From a virus: a stretch of 44,119 nucleotides of DNA. The position numbers and the translations under genes were made by a program. The stretch is from the UHGV virus genome UHGV-0175781; one strand, 5' to 3'. The notes beneath the pieces are model-generated. The model was not told the origin of the DNA. It searched no databases and saw only the letters and a program-made list of their open reading frames with translations. Of this stretch, positions 1-8,592 are shown one piece after another. Position 1 is the first letter of the stretch; every line of letters begins with the position of its first letter.

Positions 1-160
1 TCAGCAGCGGCAGCATATCCATGTTCAGATCTTCGCGGACGTGCGCCTTGTGCCACTTCGCCCAAAAGGTGGATTTAGTTTTTATCCCAGGCACCAGGTC
101 GGCACGCGCATCGCTTGAACCGTTAATAACGCCATCCAAATCGCAAATCAGTAATTTCAT
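1..160 (-). CDS. HAD-superfamily phosphatase-like protein, N-terminal part; ORF runs off the window start and is in frame with 43809..44117 if the window is circular
   Basis: ATG at 160..158 preceded by GGAGG; N-terminus MKLLICDLDGVI matches HAD motif I (DxDxV); my hand translation shows frame still open at position 1. Confidence 0.5.
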   Translation of the reverse strand, partial: MKLLICDLDGVINGSSDARADLVPGIKTKSTFWAKWHKAHVREDLNMDMLPLL

Positions 161-390
161 TTCAACTCCTCGATCAGATTCATACGAACAACACGGGCAG
201 AAAAAGCGTCACACACAAGATGACAACGGGCGGTCATTACAAGCCAGCCGGTAAGGTCCATGCCGAGCAATTGCTCCGGGCGACTGACCCGCCGCACTTT
301 GTTCTCCCTCGGGTTAATTTGGTAGCGTTTAACAATTTCGTCCACGACGCGCATACTGCGGTCAACGACTAAGATATTCATGTAGCTCAC
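157..390 (-). CDS. hypothetical protein (probable true start at ATG 381, about 75 aa)
   Basis: ORF track (GTG at 390, ATG at 381); stop overlaps the downstream ATG at 160 in an ATGA arrangement. Confidence 0.4.
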   Translation of the reverse strand: MSYMNILVVDRSMRVVDEIVKRYQINPRENKVRRVSRPEQLLGMDLTGWLVMTARCHLVCDAFSARVVRMNLIEELK

Positions 391-847
391 TCTCGCTCAT
401 TATTTCAATTTGTGCGCTGCCGCGGGGCGGCGCTTCGTCAAAGATTACCAATTGCTGGCACTTGTTATTGCTCGGCCCGACTTCACCGGTTACAGCGTGT
501 ATAAATCTGATACGCCAGTCCAGAAGAATTATCAGGTTTGCGGTCTTCCTGGCCAGCTTCGCCCACTTCGTCGACGTGTCCTGATTCAGTAGCATGACAG
601 TACGGCGTCCATGCGCCGCACACTCGACCCACGGCAGCGGATCGGAATACGGCGGGTTGCACCACTTCCACCCTTTCAACTCTGACCAGTCCACATCGAG
701 CGCGCTGTGCTCCGCCGTGAAGTAACGCGGTAACAGGTGGTTGGCATCGCTCGCCGCCATGTCATAACGGAATCTGTACTTCCGGCGCAGCGGTTTAAAT
801 AAAGCTGGCGGCGTGCGCCAGCTATCTTTTTGCTCACTCTTCTGCAT
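362..847 (-). CDS. DNA N6-adenine methyltransferase, phage Dam family
   Basis: 161 aa; N-terminal WRTPPALF and catalytic NPPY motif (WCNPPYS) typical of phage Dam-type MTases. Confidence 0.85.
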   Translation of the reverse strand: MQKSEQKDSWRTPPALFKPLRRKYRFRYDMAASDANHLLPRYFTAEHSALDVDWSELKGWKWCNPPYSDPLPWVECAAHGRRTVMLLNQDTSTKWAKLARKTANLIILLDWRIRFIHAVTGEVGPSNNKCQQLVIFDEAPPRGSAQIEIMSESELHEYLSR

Positions 848-1298
848 GGTCGGTGTCTATCGCATACAGGGCGATTTTATTGCCGGTCTTGAGAATGCGT
901 TGCACGCGCTTTGTCTCCTCGGCACTAAGCGGGCGAGCGTCCGGGTAGAAGCTGCCGTTTGTAGGGTTGCGCCACGCCATAAGCACCAAGTCTTTACGGT
1001 CGATCTCAGACGTGCGACCCTTCGGTCGCACGTACTCCTCCGCACGTTTGCAGTGCTCACGCAGCCCGTCGGCAGTGATGCGGTTTAGCGCAACGCTGGT
1101 TGTGTATCCGGTGCGCTGCATAATCCCCATCAGTTCGAAGAGAAGTACGAAGCGTTCCGCTAATTCCTCGCGCACTTTCTTCTCGCCTTCATAGAGAGCC
1201 TGGTTGGTGTCGGCCAACGCGTTCGCACGTTCGGCCTGTTCGCGGGCTTCGAGGCATTGCGCGGCCCAGTAATCTTTTTCTTCTTGTAAAATTTTCAT
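834..1298 (-). CDS. hypothetical protein
   Basis: 154-aa ORF in the co-directional minus-strand operon; no recognisable motif. Confidence 0.55.
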   Translation of the reverse strand: MKILQEEKDYWAAQCLEAREQAERANALADTNQALYEGEKKVREELAERFVLLFELMGIMQRTGYTTSVALNRITADGLREHCKRAEEYVRPKGRTSEIDRKDLVLMAWRNPTNGSFYPDARPLSAEETKRVQRILKTGNKIALYAIDTDHAEE

Positions 1299-1550
1299 CT
1301 ATTTAGTCTCCGTAGTGCGGATTTCATCGCGGGGGATAAATTTGCCGTCCATCTCTAACCAGCAGACACCATAGCGCCATTGGGTGTTGCGACCTGTTTG
1401 CTCTGCGTACACAGTCCGGCATTCGTAGCGTTCCGAGTAGTAGGCACCCGCGACACCAGCGGCAGGTACGCAAACACAAACGGCAATCATGAGGGTGAGG
1501 AGCACCCAAAATCGAAGGTCGCCGTCGTAGTCGAAAAATAATGATTTCAT
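1299..1550 (-). CDS. small membrane protein
   Basis: 83 aa with one hydrophobic helix (WVLLTLMIAVCVCVPAAGVAGAY); GGAGA SD upstream of ATG 1550. Confidence 0.55.
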   Translation of the reverse strand: MKSLFFDYDGDLRFWVLLTLMIAVCVCVPAAGVAGAYYSERYECRTVYAEQTGRNTQWRYGVCWLEMDGKFIPRDEIRTTETK

Positions 1551-1597
1551 ATCACTGTCTCCGGGTATTAAAAAGGGCGTCCAAACCGGACACCCTC

Positions 1598-1626
1598 AAT
1601 ATAATGCAACCAATACGGTTATGCAA
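1598..1626 (-). promoter_or_regulatory. putative sigma70-like promoter (-35 TTGCAT, 17-bp spacer, -10 TATATT) upstream of gene 1299..1550
   Basis: read on minus strand; -35 lies inside an ATTGGTTGCAT motif, a second motif copy is in the spacer. Confidence 0.35.
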
Positions 1627-1631
1627 CCAAT

Positions 1632-1955
1632 TTACGAATAAAAATTTGGGTCGCGCGCAACGTCTACCAGATACAGGTTACTAATGCGGTTGCCATAGTG
1701 CCCTGGCGTGCGCTGGCGACACACAACGGCGTAGCCTGGAGGGATTGTATTGCCTGTCGCGATAATCCACGCCACGCGCGCTCCAGACAGCGTCTTGCCG
1801 TTGCACTCGATGCGCGTGCCACCATCGGCAGTGTTAAGGTTGCCGATCTTGCAGCCTGTGGATTTCAGGCGAATGACGCCGGTCTTGCTGTCGTAGGAAA
1901 AAAGCTGATTGGTCATTGCCACGGAAAAGTCGATGGCTTCGAATGTAGTATTCAT
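1632..1955 (-). CDS. HNH_3-like homing endonuclease-like protein, possibly degenerate
   Basis: 107 aa; pattern GK..ARVAW..TG...P.GY.VV....P...GNRISNLYLV resembles HNH_3 endonucleases but the usual His-Asp positions are replaced by CRQ. Confidence 0.4.
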   Translation of the reverse strand: MNTTFEAIDFSVAMTNQLFSYDSKTGVIRLKSTGCKIGNLNTADGGTRIECNGKTLSGARVAWIIATGNTIPPGYAVVCRQRTPGHYGNRISNLYLVDVARDPNFYS

Positions 1956-2647
1956 TTTAAATTTTCCTCATTGACCGCTATCGCGAAGCCGCGCGGGGTG
2001 AGCGACCTGATTAATTTGGTGCGGGCAGATTTGCCCCCGAGGCGACTATACTGCTTCGAGTACCCTTTTTCAACGAAAACAGGTTTCTTCTCTGGCATAC
2101 GGAAGCCGTTGCCGGTCCATAAGCAGGTCAGCTTCGGATATGAATCGCGGGCGTTGATGTATTCAGGGAATAACGGGTGTACGTCATCCTCTGGCAAATA
2201 GCCACCATACTCCCACGGGTCAAACGAGTGGTCCGGCTTACGCCATTGAGTGGATAGCACGCTGCGCGGATTCTCAATCATATATGGCACCTCAAAGAAA
2301 TCACCCAGGTAAGCGGCAATCTTCGCGGTGCGCACCGCCTTAAGCTGAAAGGCAGGGTCTTTAGCCCGCTTGCGCGGAAAAGCGGGCGCACCGCTAACTG
2401 CCAGATCCGTACACGGAGGGAACGCATATATGATATCCGGCGTACCGAAATCACCATTCATCGCGCGGTCCACGAAGTCCAGGTCTATAAACTCATTACG
2501 ATAGCGGATCCCGCGCCCATAAATCCGGTAGTCCAGGTACGATCCGTGGTCGGCTTCGGAGTAGTTGAAGCAAAAACACTTATGACCCATCTCGGCAGCA
2601 CGCTCAATCATCAAGCCGCTGCCGTCAAATAATGACCAGATAATCAT
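1952..2647 (-). CDS. short DNA (cytosine-5)-methyltransferase-like protein
   Basis: 231 aa; motif I FDGSG (FxGxG), motif IV FPPC..LAVSGA (cf. GPPCQ.FS.AG), motif VI ENP (cf. ENV); too short for a canonical target-recognition domain. Confidence 0.5.
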   Translation of the reverse strand: MIIWSLFDGSGLMIERAAEMGHKCFCFNYSEADHGSYLDYRIYGRGIRYRNEFIDLDFVDRAMNGDFGTPDIIYAFPPCTDLAVSGAPAFPRKRAKDPAFQLKAVRTAKIAAYLGDFFEVPYMIENPRSVLSTQWRKPDHSFDPWEYGGYLPEDDVHPLFPEYINARDSYPKLTCLWTGNGFRMPEKKPVFVEKGYSKQYSRLGGKSARTKLIRSLTPRGFAIAVNEENLK

Positions 2648-4068
2648 TTGCGCGCCTTTTTAGCTTTCATGTATTCCATCAAGTCGTCCTGAATATCTCG
2701 CTTACTGTCGCGACGCTCGGCGACCAGTTCGTCCAGTGTCCCGCGCGCCTGGATAATATAGACGAATACTGGACGGGGGTGTCCGGCTTGCATCTGGCGA
2801 ACCGGCCCTATACGCTCCACGATCTGCGAAAAGTGCTCAAAGTTCCAGGTATCGGAGAAGATAGCAAGGTGGTGCCCGCCATCCTGCAGGTTGAGGCCGT
2901 GACCCGCCGAGGCAGGGTGCGCAAACATGATGGGGATCTCGCCCCTATTCCACGCTTCCATATCCTTATTGCCCTGCTTGCCCTTGCCCAACGCAACGCC
3001 GTGCGGGAATTTCTTCTTGAGACGCGCCAGATCATGCTTGTATTGGTACGCGACGAGCAACGGTGCGCCGTTCAACTCCTCCGCGATACTTTCCAGCGCG
3101 TCCAGTTTAGCGTCGTGAATTTTCACCCATTCGTCGGTCCGTTCGCCGTCTTCGTCGACCTTATACACGGCCCCGGAAGCAAGCTGAAGGCACTTAATGG
3201 TCTTCGAAGCAGCGTTCGCCGCCTCCACCGTTCCGCTTTCCAGTTCGGCAAATAGCTCGCTTTCAAACTGGTCGTAGATCTTGCGGGCTTTCTTCGGCAG
3301 GTCCACAACAACCGGCGTATAGATTGGCTTGTCACATCCGAAGTATTCAGCCGCATCAACGGTGAGCGATACGTCAGACAGGCGTTGTTGTATTTCTTTC
3401 TCGGAGTTCTTAAGCGGGGCGTGCTGCATAGTAAAGCTGCCAGGCTTAACAGGCTTGCTAATAAACCAGCGATCAGTGAATGCCTTATAACTACTGCCGA
3501 GGCGTTCGCCGCCGTCGACAAACCACGTCTGACCCCACAGGTCTTTCAGTCCGTTTGGTGCGGGTGTGCCGGTCAGGTTAATCCAGCGCTTGACGTGCTT
3601 ATGTGCGATCGCTGCCAGCGCACGGGCACGCTTACTTCCCTGCTTGCTTCGATAACCTTTCAGCTTAGTGGATTCATCGGCAACAACGACCGTAAAGGGC
3701 CACGCATCGCCGTAATAGTCAACCAGCCACTCAACTACATCATAGTTAACACAAACTACGTTAGCGCCGCTCTCAAGCGCGGCTATACGGTCTTTTTCAG
3801 ACCCGGTGCCGTCTACTACCAGCAAGGCGGGGAATCGCCATTTTTCCTGTTCCGGGGGCCATGTGCCAGATGCAACGCGCAGCGGGGCCAGCACCAGTAC
3901 GCGGTCCTCCTGGTTGGACAGGATACCGGTCTGGAACATTTTATTCAGCGCCCACATGGTCGCGCCGGTTTTACCCGACCCCATTGTCGCCCATATATTG
4001 CATCGCTTATGCTTGAGGATGAACGCGGTTATCAACTTCTGATATTCGCGACGTCGGAAACGTGCCAT
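2644..4068 (-). CDS. SNF2/DEAD-like superfamily 2 ATP-dependent helicase (ORF extends to GTG at 4158; ATG at 4068 preferred)
   Basis: Walker A GSGKTGAT, DExx box VVADESTKLK, C-terminal SNF2-like helicase region (PASAGHGLNLQDGG...); start at 4068 avoids overlap with the well-supported gene 4073..4297. Confidence 0.8.
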   Translation of the reverse strand: MARFRRREYQKLITAFILKHKRCNIWATMGSGKTGATMWALNKMFQTGILSNQEDRVLVLAPLRVASGTWPPEQEKWRFPALLVVDGTGSEKDRIAALESGANVVCVNYDVVEWLVDYYGDAWPFTVVVADESTKLKGYRSKQGSKRARALAAIAHKHVKRWINLTGTPAPNGLKDLWGQTWFVDGGERLGSSYKAFTDRWFISKPVKPGSFTMQHAPLKNSEKEIQQRLSDVSLTVDAAEYFGCDKPIYTPVVVDLPKKARKIYDQFESELFAELESGTVEAANAASKTIKCLQLASGAVYKVDEDGERTDEWVKIHDAKLDALESIAEELNGAPLLVAYQYKHDLARLKKKFPHGVALGKGKQGNKDMEAWNRGEIPIMFAHPASAGHGLNLQDGGHHLAIFSDTWNFEHFSQIVERIGPVRQMQAGHPRPVFVYIIQARGTLDELVAERRDSKRDIQDDLMEYMKAKKARK

Positions 4069-4072
4069 ATCT

Positions 4073-4297
4073 TTATTCCGCCTTTTTCCAGACTTCGGTT
4101 TCACTGTTCCAGTTCCTTTTTGTGGCGTCATAGTTGGTGCTGTGCCCGATGTGTACACCCGTCGCCCGGAAGCTATTAAATTTTTGCCAGCACACCGTTA
4201 ACGGCAGCGGGTTATTCATGCCCGCGATAAACCATACGCGATCGCCTGGTTTGCATTCGCCCAGTGTGGTGAGTCGATAATGTTCTTTCATCGTCAT
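4073..4297 (-). CDS. hypothetical protein
   Basis: 74-aa ORF with GGAGA SD directly upstream of ATG 4297. Confidence 0.6.
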   Translation of the reverse strand: MTMKEHYRLTTLGECKPGDRVWFIAGMNNPLPLTVCWQKFNSFRATGVHIGHSTNYDATKRNWNSETEVWKKAE

Positions 4298-4303
4298 GTC
4301 TCC

Positions 4304-4327
4304 AAAAAATGGCGGGACAAGCCCGCC
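4304..4327 (-). terminator. hairpin (GGCGGG-loop-CCCGCC) plus T6 on minus strand; intra-operon attenuator-like
   Basis: seen in sequence between genes 4335..4508 and 4073..4297; contains one GGCGGGACAA iteron-like unit. Confidence 0.35.
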
Positions 4328-4334
4328 GTATTAA

Positions 4335-4508
4335 TTATTTTTGCTCTGCTCGGTAGCGGCGCTGCCGTTCGCGCTCTTTTTTATTGCGGCACGATTTGCA
4401 CTCTGCCCGATACCCGTCCGGGCTTCGCGCAGTCTTACCGGTGTATTTATGGAACTGGGACAGCGGTTTAACGCAGCCGCAATTACTGCAACGTTTTTCT
4501 TCAACCAT
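4335..4508 (-). CDS. small zinc-ribbon-like protein with basic C-terminus (probable start at internal ATG; ORF extends to 4580)
   Basis: CSNCGC...C..C cysteine pattern followed by KKERERQRRYR; GAGGA SD before the internal ATG. Confidence 0.45.
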   Translation of the reverse strand: MVEEKRCSNCGCVKPLSQFHKYTGKTARSPDGYRAECKSCRNKKERERQRRYRAEQK

Positions 4509-4548
4509 TTCTAAAATCCTCGATAGTGCTAACCGGCCCACTATACCG

Positions 4549-4827
4549 CTACGCGACCAACTCAGCAACCAATAAATCACAGTCTGCTATGTTGTCGATA
4601 ACGCGAACGTCCGCACCGCGGCGGGCCATTCGCTCATGTTCTCGTATCTGGTGCGGCTTCGGTTTTCCTCCGGGGCGCTTCACTTCGACGAACACTATTT
4701 TGCCGTTGATGATGATAATCAGATCGGGCGCACCCGCGCGCCCCTCCCATGCCACTTTACGGCAGAATCCGCCTACGGCTTTAACCAACTTCATAAGGTG
4801 ACTTTGGATCTTGCCTTCTGGTGTCAT
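4549..4827 (-). CDS. VRR-NUC domain nuclease (PD-(D/E)xK fold)
   Basis: 92 aa; GAPDLIII...GKIVFVEVKRPGG matches the VRR-NUC D...E.K core. Confidence 0.7.
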   Translation of the reverse strand: MTPEGKIQSHLMKLVKAVGGFCRKVAWEGRAGAPDLIIIINGKIVFVEVKRPGGKPKPHQIREHERMARRGADVRVIDNIADCDLLVAELVA

Positions 4828-5015
4828 TTGGTTTGCAATTCCACGTTACGCAGGCGGAGGTCTACCGACACATCAGATCGACCGGTCAGCGCCAGCGCCA
4901 GGTTTTCAGGAGTAACAAGTGCCGTAATGGTCTTGCCACGTTCCAGTCTAATGACGATTCGAATCTCGTCATTGTCCGTCGCGCCCGCGCGCATTATGCT
5001 CATTTCTGCTTTCAT
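4824..5015 (-). CDS. hypothetical protein (start at internal ATG; ORF extends to 5060 but would overlap polymerase stop)
   Basis: ORF track; internal Met 16 placed just downstream of the polymerase stop at 5020. Confidence 0.45.
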   Translation of the reverse strand: MKAEMSIMRAGATDNDEIRIVIRLERGKTITALVTPENLALALTGRSDVSVDLRLRNVELQTK

Positions 5016-5019
5016 AATA

Positions 5020-7311
5020 TTATTTCCTGTACCTGTACATAATGTCGCCTTCGGCGGCAAGTGGGAAGCCTTTCGCCCAAATAGGCAGGTCGCACATCAG
5101 CGCGCATAGCTCCTCGGTCGTGTAGTCGTCAGTATCCGGAACTTCGGTGATCAATTCATCGTGCACTGACAGGACGATCTCGTATCCCGCGGATTCAACG
5201 CCAGGCATGGACCATGCGAGGATATCGCGACACAGCGCCTGCACGATGTTTTCCGTCAGTTTGCCGCCGTAGGTATACTGGAAGCCCCACTGGCGCGTCG
5301 TCTGATTCTCGCCCTGGTATTTAATGCGGGTGCTGGTGCGTTTCTTGCCAGTATCTTCGTCGATCTCGGTAGTGACAGACAGCGCGATGCCCGGATAACT
5401 CATGATGCGCCCTGACGGCAACTCAATTTTAAGCCACCACCCCGCCGCGTTCGGGTCGTCGCGCTCCTCGTCGAAGGTTGGGTCATGCTTCGCCTTCGTG
5501 CGAACAATCTTAAGCGCTTTCCTGCCATCCGGGCGAACGTTCGCGCCAGCCCAGTACGCTTTGCCTGGATTGCGGATTGCACACAACACCGCGTCTTCCA
5601 GTTCGGCCCAAAAGGCTACCGTCTTCGGGTGGGCCTCACGCCACATACGTTTGATCGCGTCACACGTCAACCACACGTTTTTCGGCAGTATATAAGTTGG
5701 GCGCTCGTCCTTCTTGCCAGGCTTCGGCGGGCGCTTCGCTTCGTTGATTCGGGCGTACTCATAACCACGTTTCGCCGCCGCCCATATGTGGTCTGGGAAT
5801 GTGCCCTTCATCACGTCAGCCATCGCGTAAAGGTCGAGGCCCAGGTTTTTAGCGAACTGCAAGAACGCCGCAACGCCGCCGCCATAGCCTAGTCCCAATT
5901 CGCACGCCTTACCGATCTGGCGTAAGTCTTTGCGGTTGGCTTTAATGTATTCCGGGTCGAGGCCAAACATCTTACCGGCAGTTTCACAATAAATATCGCG
6001 ACCCGCCCTAAACACCATTAGCGCGGTTTTCTCGCCAGCGATCCAGGCGAGGCCACGCCCTTCCACGTTAGAATAGTCCGCTACGACAAACTTCTTTCCC
6101 TTAGCCGGAATAATGCACCCGCGAACGGTCGAGGCTGTTAACTTCGATATGTCATACGCCCAGTGTGCGGTCCCGCGTAACAGGGAGTTGATGCCGTTGG
6201 TAAGCATGTGCGACCGCACCCAAAACGCGACGTCGCTCTCGCCTTCACGGCGCTTAATCTTCCCTTCGTGGTCGTCGCTATACTCGCCGCGTGCCAGGTT
6301 TTGCGGCTGGAAGCCCTTACCGGCCCAGCGTAGCGTGCGCTTTGCCCCACCATACTGAAGACAACCACGGCGGCGACCATCGGCAGACAGCCCATTTACG
6401 AGCGGATTGTACTTAGTCGACGCCGTTGATGATGCCCCGAGGCGCATCTCGATAAGCACTTTGCCCTCGTCAGGGAAGTCTGGATCTTCAAGCAGGTCGT
6501 TAAGCGTGGATTTCTGCGCGTTGTGGATCGTGAACGCAGGCGCGAGGTCGCGCAGCGCGGGCAAGAAGTCATTGCCGGTCAGCTTACCGCCGAAGCGCTC
6601 CCAGGCTTCTTCCTTCAATTCTTCCTTATGCGCCTGCACCGCTTTGATCGCGGCGTTCGCCAGGTCAACGTCCACATAGAAGCCGCGGTCATTGATCAAC
6701 TGGTCAATAAGCAGGATTTCGTCTTCCTTCGGCGTGTTGCCCCAGTCCGGTATGCGCCAATAGACTTCCCTCATAGCGATGATATCCAACGCGGCATAGC
6801 GCAGGAATTTAGCCCACTCCTCGGGGTGCGTCTCGCGCGTGTAGCGGCGGATTTTGTAGGTCTTAGGGGTTGGCTTACAGAATCGTTTGATCAGCGCCTT
6901 GCCCGCCTTATCCTTCGCGTGCTCTGCGTCAACGCCCAACACCTGGCACTGCATATCGAGGCCACCCGGCAGCGCGTGTCGAAAGGCCATAATCATGGTG
7001 TCTTCGATCTGGCACACTGGCAGGTCAATGCCCCACTTCTCGCGAATGACCAGGCGGTCAAACAGGAGGCCGTTAGCCATCACTATTTTTGCTTTCTTGC
7101 GGGATACCCTGCGGAGCGCCTTGCGCAGTTCACGCGGCATTGTTGGGGACTCTGTGCAATCCCATGTCTGCACGCGGCCCTCGTCGATGGCGTAGGTGCA
7201 AATCATAATCTCGGTTGTTGGGTGCTCTGCGTAGGCGTATGCGCCCACTTTCTTCAGGTCCACCCCGCTAAATGTCTCGGTATCGAGAAAAAGGCGTTCG
7301 AAGTCTTTCAT
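5020..7311 (-). CDS. family A DNA polymerase (Pol I-like) with N-terminal 3'-5' exonuclease domain
   Basis: 763 aa; Exo I motif LFLDTETF; motif B K....GLGYGGG; motif C VLSVHDELITEV. Confidence 0.9.
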   Translation of the reverse strand: MKDFERLFLDTETFSGVDLKKVGAYAYAEHPTTEIMICTYAIDEGRVQTWDCTESPTMPRELRKALRRVSRKKAKIVMANGLLFDRLVIREKWGIDLPVCQIEDTMIMAFRHALPGGLDMQCQVLGVDAEHAKDKAGKALIKRFCKPTPKTYKIRRYTRETHPEEWAKFLRYAALDIIAMREVYWRIPDWGNTPKEDEILLIDQLINDRGFYVDVDLANAAIKAVQAHKEELKEEAWERFGGKLTGNDFLPALRDLAPAFTIHNAQKSTLNDLLEDPDFPDEGKVLIEMRLGASSTASTKYNPLVNGLSADGRRRGCLQYGGAKRTLRWAGKGFQPQNLARGEYSDDHEGKIKRREGESDVAFWVRSHMLTNGINSLLRGTAHWAYDISKLTASTVRGCIIPAKGKKFVVADYSNVEGRGLAWIAGEKTALMVFRAGRDIYCETAGKMFGLDPEYIKANRKDLRQIGKACELGLGYGGGVAAFLQFAKNLGLDLYAMADVMKGTFPDHIWAAAKRGYEYARINEAKRPPKPGKKDERPTYILPKNVWLTCDAIKRMWREAHPKTVAFWAELEDAVLCAIRNPGKAYWAGANVRPDGRKALKIVRTKAKHDPTFDEERDDPNAAGWWLKIELPSGRIMSYPGIALSVTTEIDEDTGKKRTSTRIKYQGENQTTRQWGFQYTYGGKLTENIVQALCRDILAWSMPGVESAGYEIVLSVHDELITEVPDTDDYTTEELCALMCDLPIWAKGFPLAAEGDIMYRYRK

Positions 7312-7478
7312 TGCTTAATCCTCACTACGGCGTCAGCGCTGCCGAACATGGAGAAGATACCGTCGGAAAGGGTTATCTCCTCGCCGTTGTTGCGAATCTC
7401 GGCAACGGTGAAATACTCGCCCAGCAATTTAGACCATACCTGCATTCCGACTTTTACTTCGCTGGCTTTAATGCGCAT
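7308..7478 (-). CDS. small hypothetical protein translationally coupled to the DNA polymerase (stop overlaps pol ATG)
   Basis: 56-aa ORF found by hand translation (below the ORF-track size cut-off); ATGA overlap with the polymerase start; AGGA SD. Confidence 0.4.
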   Translation of the reverse strand: MRIKASEVKVGMQVWSKLLGEYFTVAEIRNNGEEITLSDGIFSMFGSADAVVRIKQ

Positions 7479-7493
7479 TTTTCATTGTCCTAT

Positions 7494-7518
7494 TAAAAAG
7501 CCCGCATTAAGCGGGCTT
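7494..7518 (-). terminator. rho-independent terminator (AAGCCCGC-loop-GCGGGCTT plus T-run on minus strand)
   Basis: seen in sequence just downstream of the SSB-like gene stop at 7537. Confidence 0.55.
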
Positions 7519-7536
7519 GAATAGTGGGCTTTGCCC

Positions 7537-8259
7537 TTAACGGCGGCGACGTTTACGTGGCGCTTCGTCTTCGTCGTCGTCATCATCTTCGTCATCGCGT
7601 GGCTTACGACGTTTACGAGGTTTTTCATCTTCGTCATCGTCATCACGACGTTTTGACTTTTTGGACTTGCGTGGCACTTCATCTTCGTCGTCGTCGCCCA
7701 GGTCTTCGTCGGAGCAAGAAGATCCGCCACCGCCGAAGGCTTCGCCGTCATCGCGGAAGCGCAGACCCAAAAGACCGGCACCGAGTCCCTTGCCGTTGGT
7801 ATTGTTCCACGCCCAAATATCCAGGGACACGTTGCAATAACAACCGGAGTAGATCTCCTGGCCTTCGATCTCGTCGCCTTCTACGGTCAGACCTTGTTCA
7901 GTCTGCTTCTCGCCGAGTGACGTTTGAATGTTTGGCTGTTTGAACGATTTAGCGTTGATGTACAACATGCCTTCGAATTCTTCGGTTACTTCGTCGCGCT
8001 CGTCACCGTCGCGGACTGCGCATTCCTTAGAATCCTGGGCGTAGTGGCGGTCCATCCACTTATCAGCATTCTTCTCGGATTTCAGCTTGTCGGTGAGCAC
8101 TGCGCGCGCTGCCGCTTCCACTTTGTCCACCTGCGGATCTTCTTTATCAAGAAGAATCACTGCACGGTATGCCGGTTTTTGTCCATCCTGTTTAGGGGTA
8201 TCACGTTCCCAAATTTTAAGGAAACATACGCGCACATTTTTCAGGTTGACTTTAGCCAT
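7537..8259 (-). CDS. ssDNA-binding protein, DUF2815-like, with alternating acidic/basic C-terminal tail (ORF extends to 8280)
   Basis: core IYSGCYCNVSLDIWAWNNTNGKGLGAGLLGLRFRDDGEAFGG matches the DUF2815 phage SSB pattern; C-terminal 60 aa are blocks of DDDDEDE and PRKRRK. Confidence 0.6.
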   Translation of the reverse strand: MAKVNLKNVRVCFLKIWERDTPKQDGQKPAYRAVILLDKEDPQVDKVEAAARAVLTDKLKSEKNADKWMDRHYAQDSKECAVRDGDERDEVTEEFEGMLYINAKSFKQPNIQTSLGEKQTEQGLTVEGDEIEGQEIYSGCYCNVSLDIWAWNNTNGKGLGAGLLGLRFRDDGEAFGGGGSSCSDEDLGDDDEDEVPRKSKKSKRRDDDDEDEKPRKRRKPRDDEDDDDDEDEAPRKRRRR

Positions 8260-8349
8260 TTTCCAATTCCTCATTCTCACATGTATCGGGGTTATTATGA
8301 GCCACCCCGTTCGGCTTGGTTGCTAATCTACTTGGTTGCGCCTAAGCGG

Positions 8350-8592
8350 TCAAGCATTTTCATTAAAAAGATTTCGGGTCACGTAGTTGGTGGCGTTCTC
8401 GATCCAGCTTAGCGGCGGGCGTTCGATGTTATTTTCCACCCAATCGACGGCAACTTCGCTATAGCCGTCATCCAGCCCGCGGGTCGGATGGCGAATCATC
8501 CACGCCACCATTAACACGCCTTGCACGCAATGCAGGATAAAGCCCAGCGCGCCGAGCAAAAACATCAATAAGATTGCGAATACTTTATTCAT
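8350..8592 (-). CDS. small membrane protein
   Basis: 80 aa with N-terminal hydrophobic helix (FAILLMFLLGALGFILHCVQGVLMVAWMI). Confidence 0.5.
   Translation of the reverse strand: MNKVFAILLMFLLGALGFILHCVQGVLMVAWMIRHPTRGLDDGYSEVAVDWVENNIERPPLSWIENATNYVTRNLFNENA

Noticed and set aside
21-254. Plus-strand 77-aa ORF at the window start
   Set aside because: It overlaps two minus-strand ORFs that have SD sequences, translational coupling and a HAD motif; no SD is evident, so it is probably a GC-rich antisense artefact.
3385-4179. Plus-strand 264-aa ORF (similar antisense ORFs at 2779..3255, 5485..5892, 6523..7524)
   Set aside because: These lie entirely inside well-supported minus-strand genes (helicase, polymerase) and lack motifs or ribosome-binding sites; long antisense ORFs are expected at this GC content.
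7482-7781. Minus-strand 99-aa ORF rich in Met/Thr/Lys
   Set aside because: It overlaps the charged-tail coding repeats of the SSB-like gene in another frame; the odd composition is what a frame-shifted reading of GAC/GAA repeats produces.
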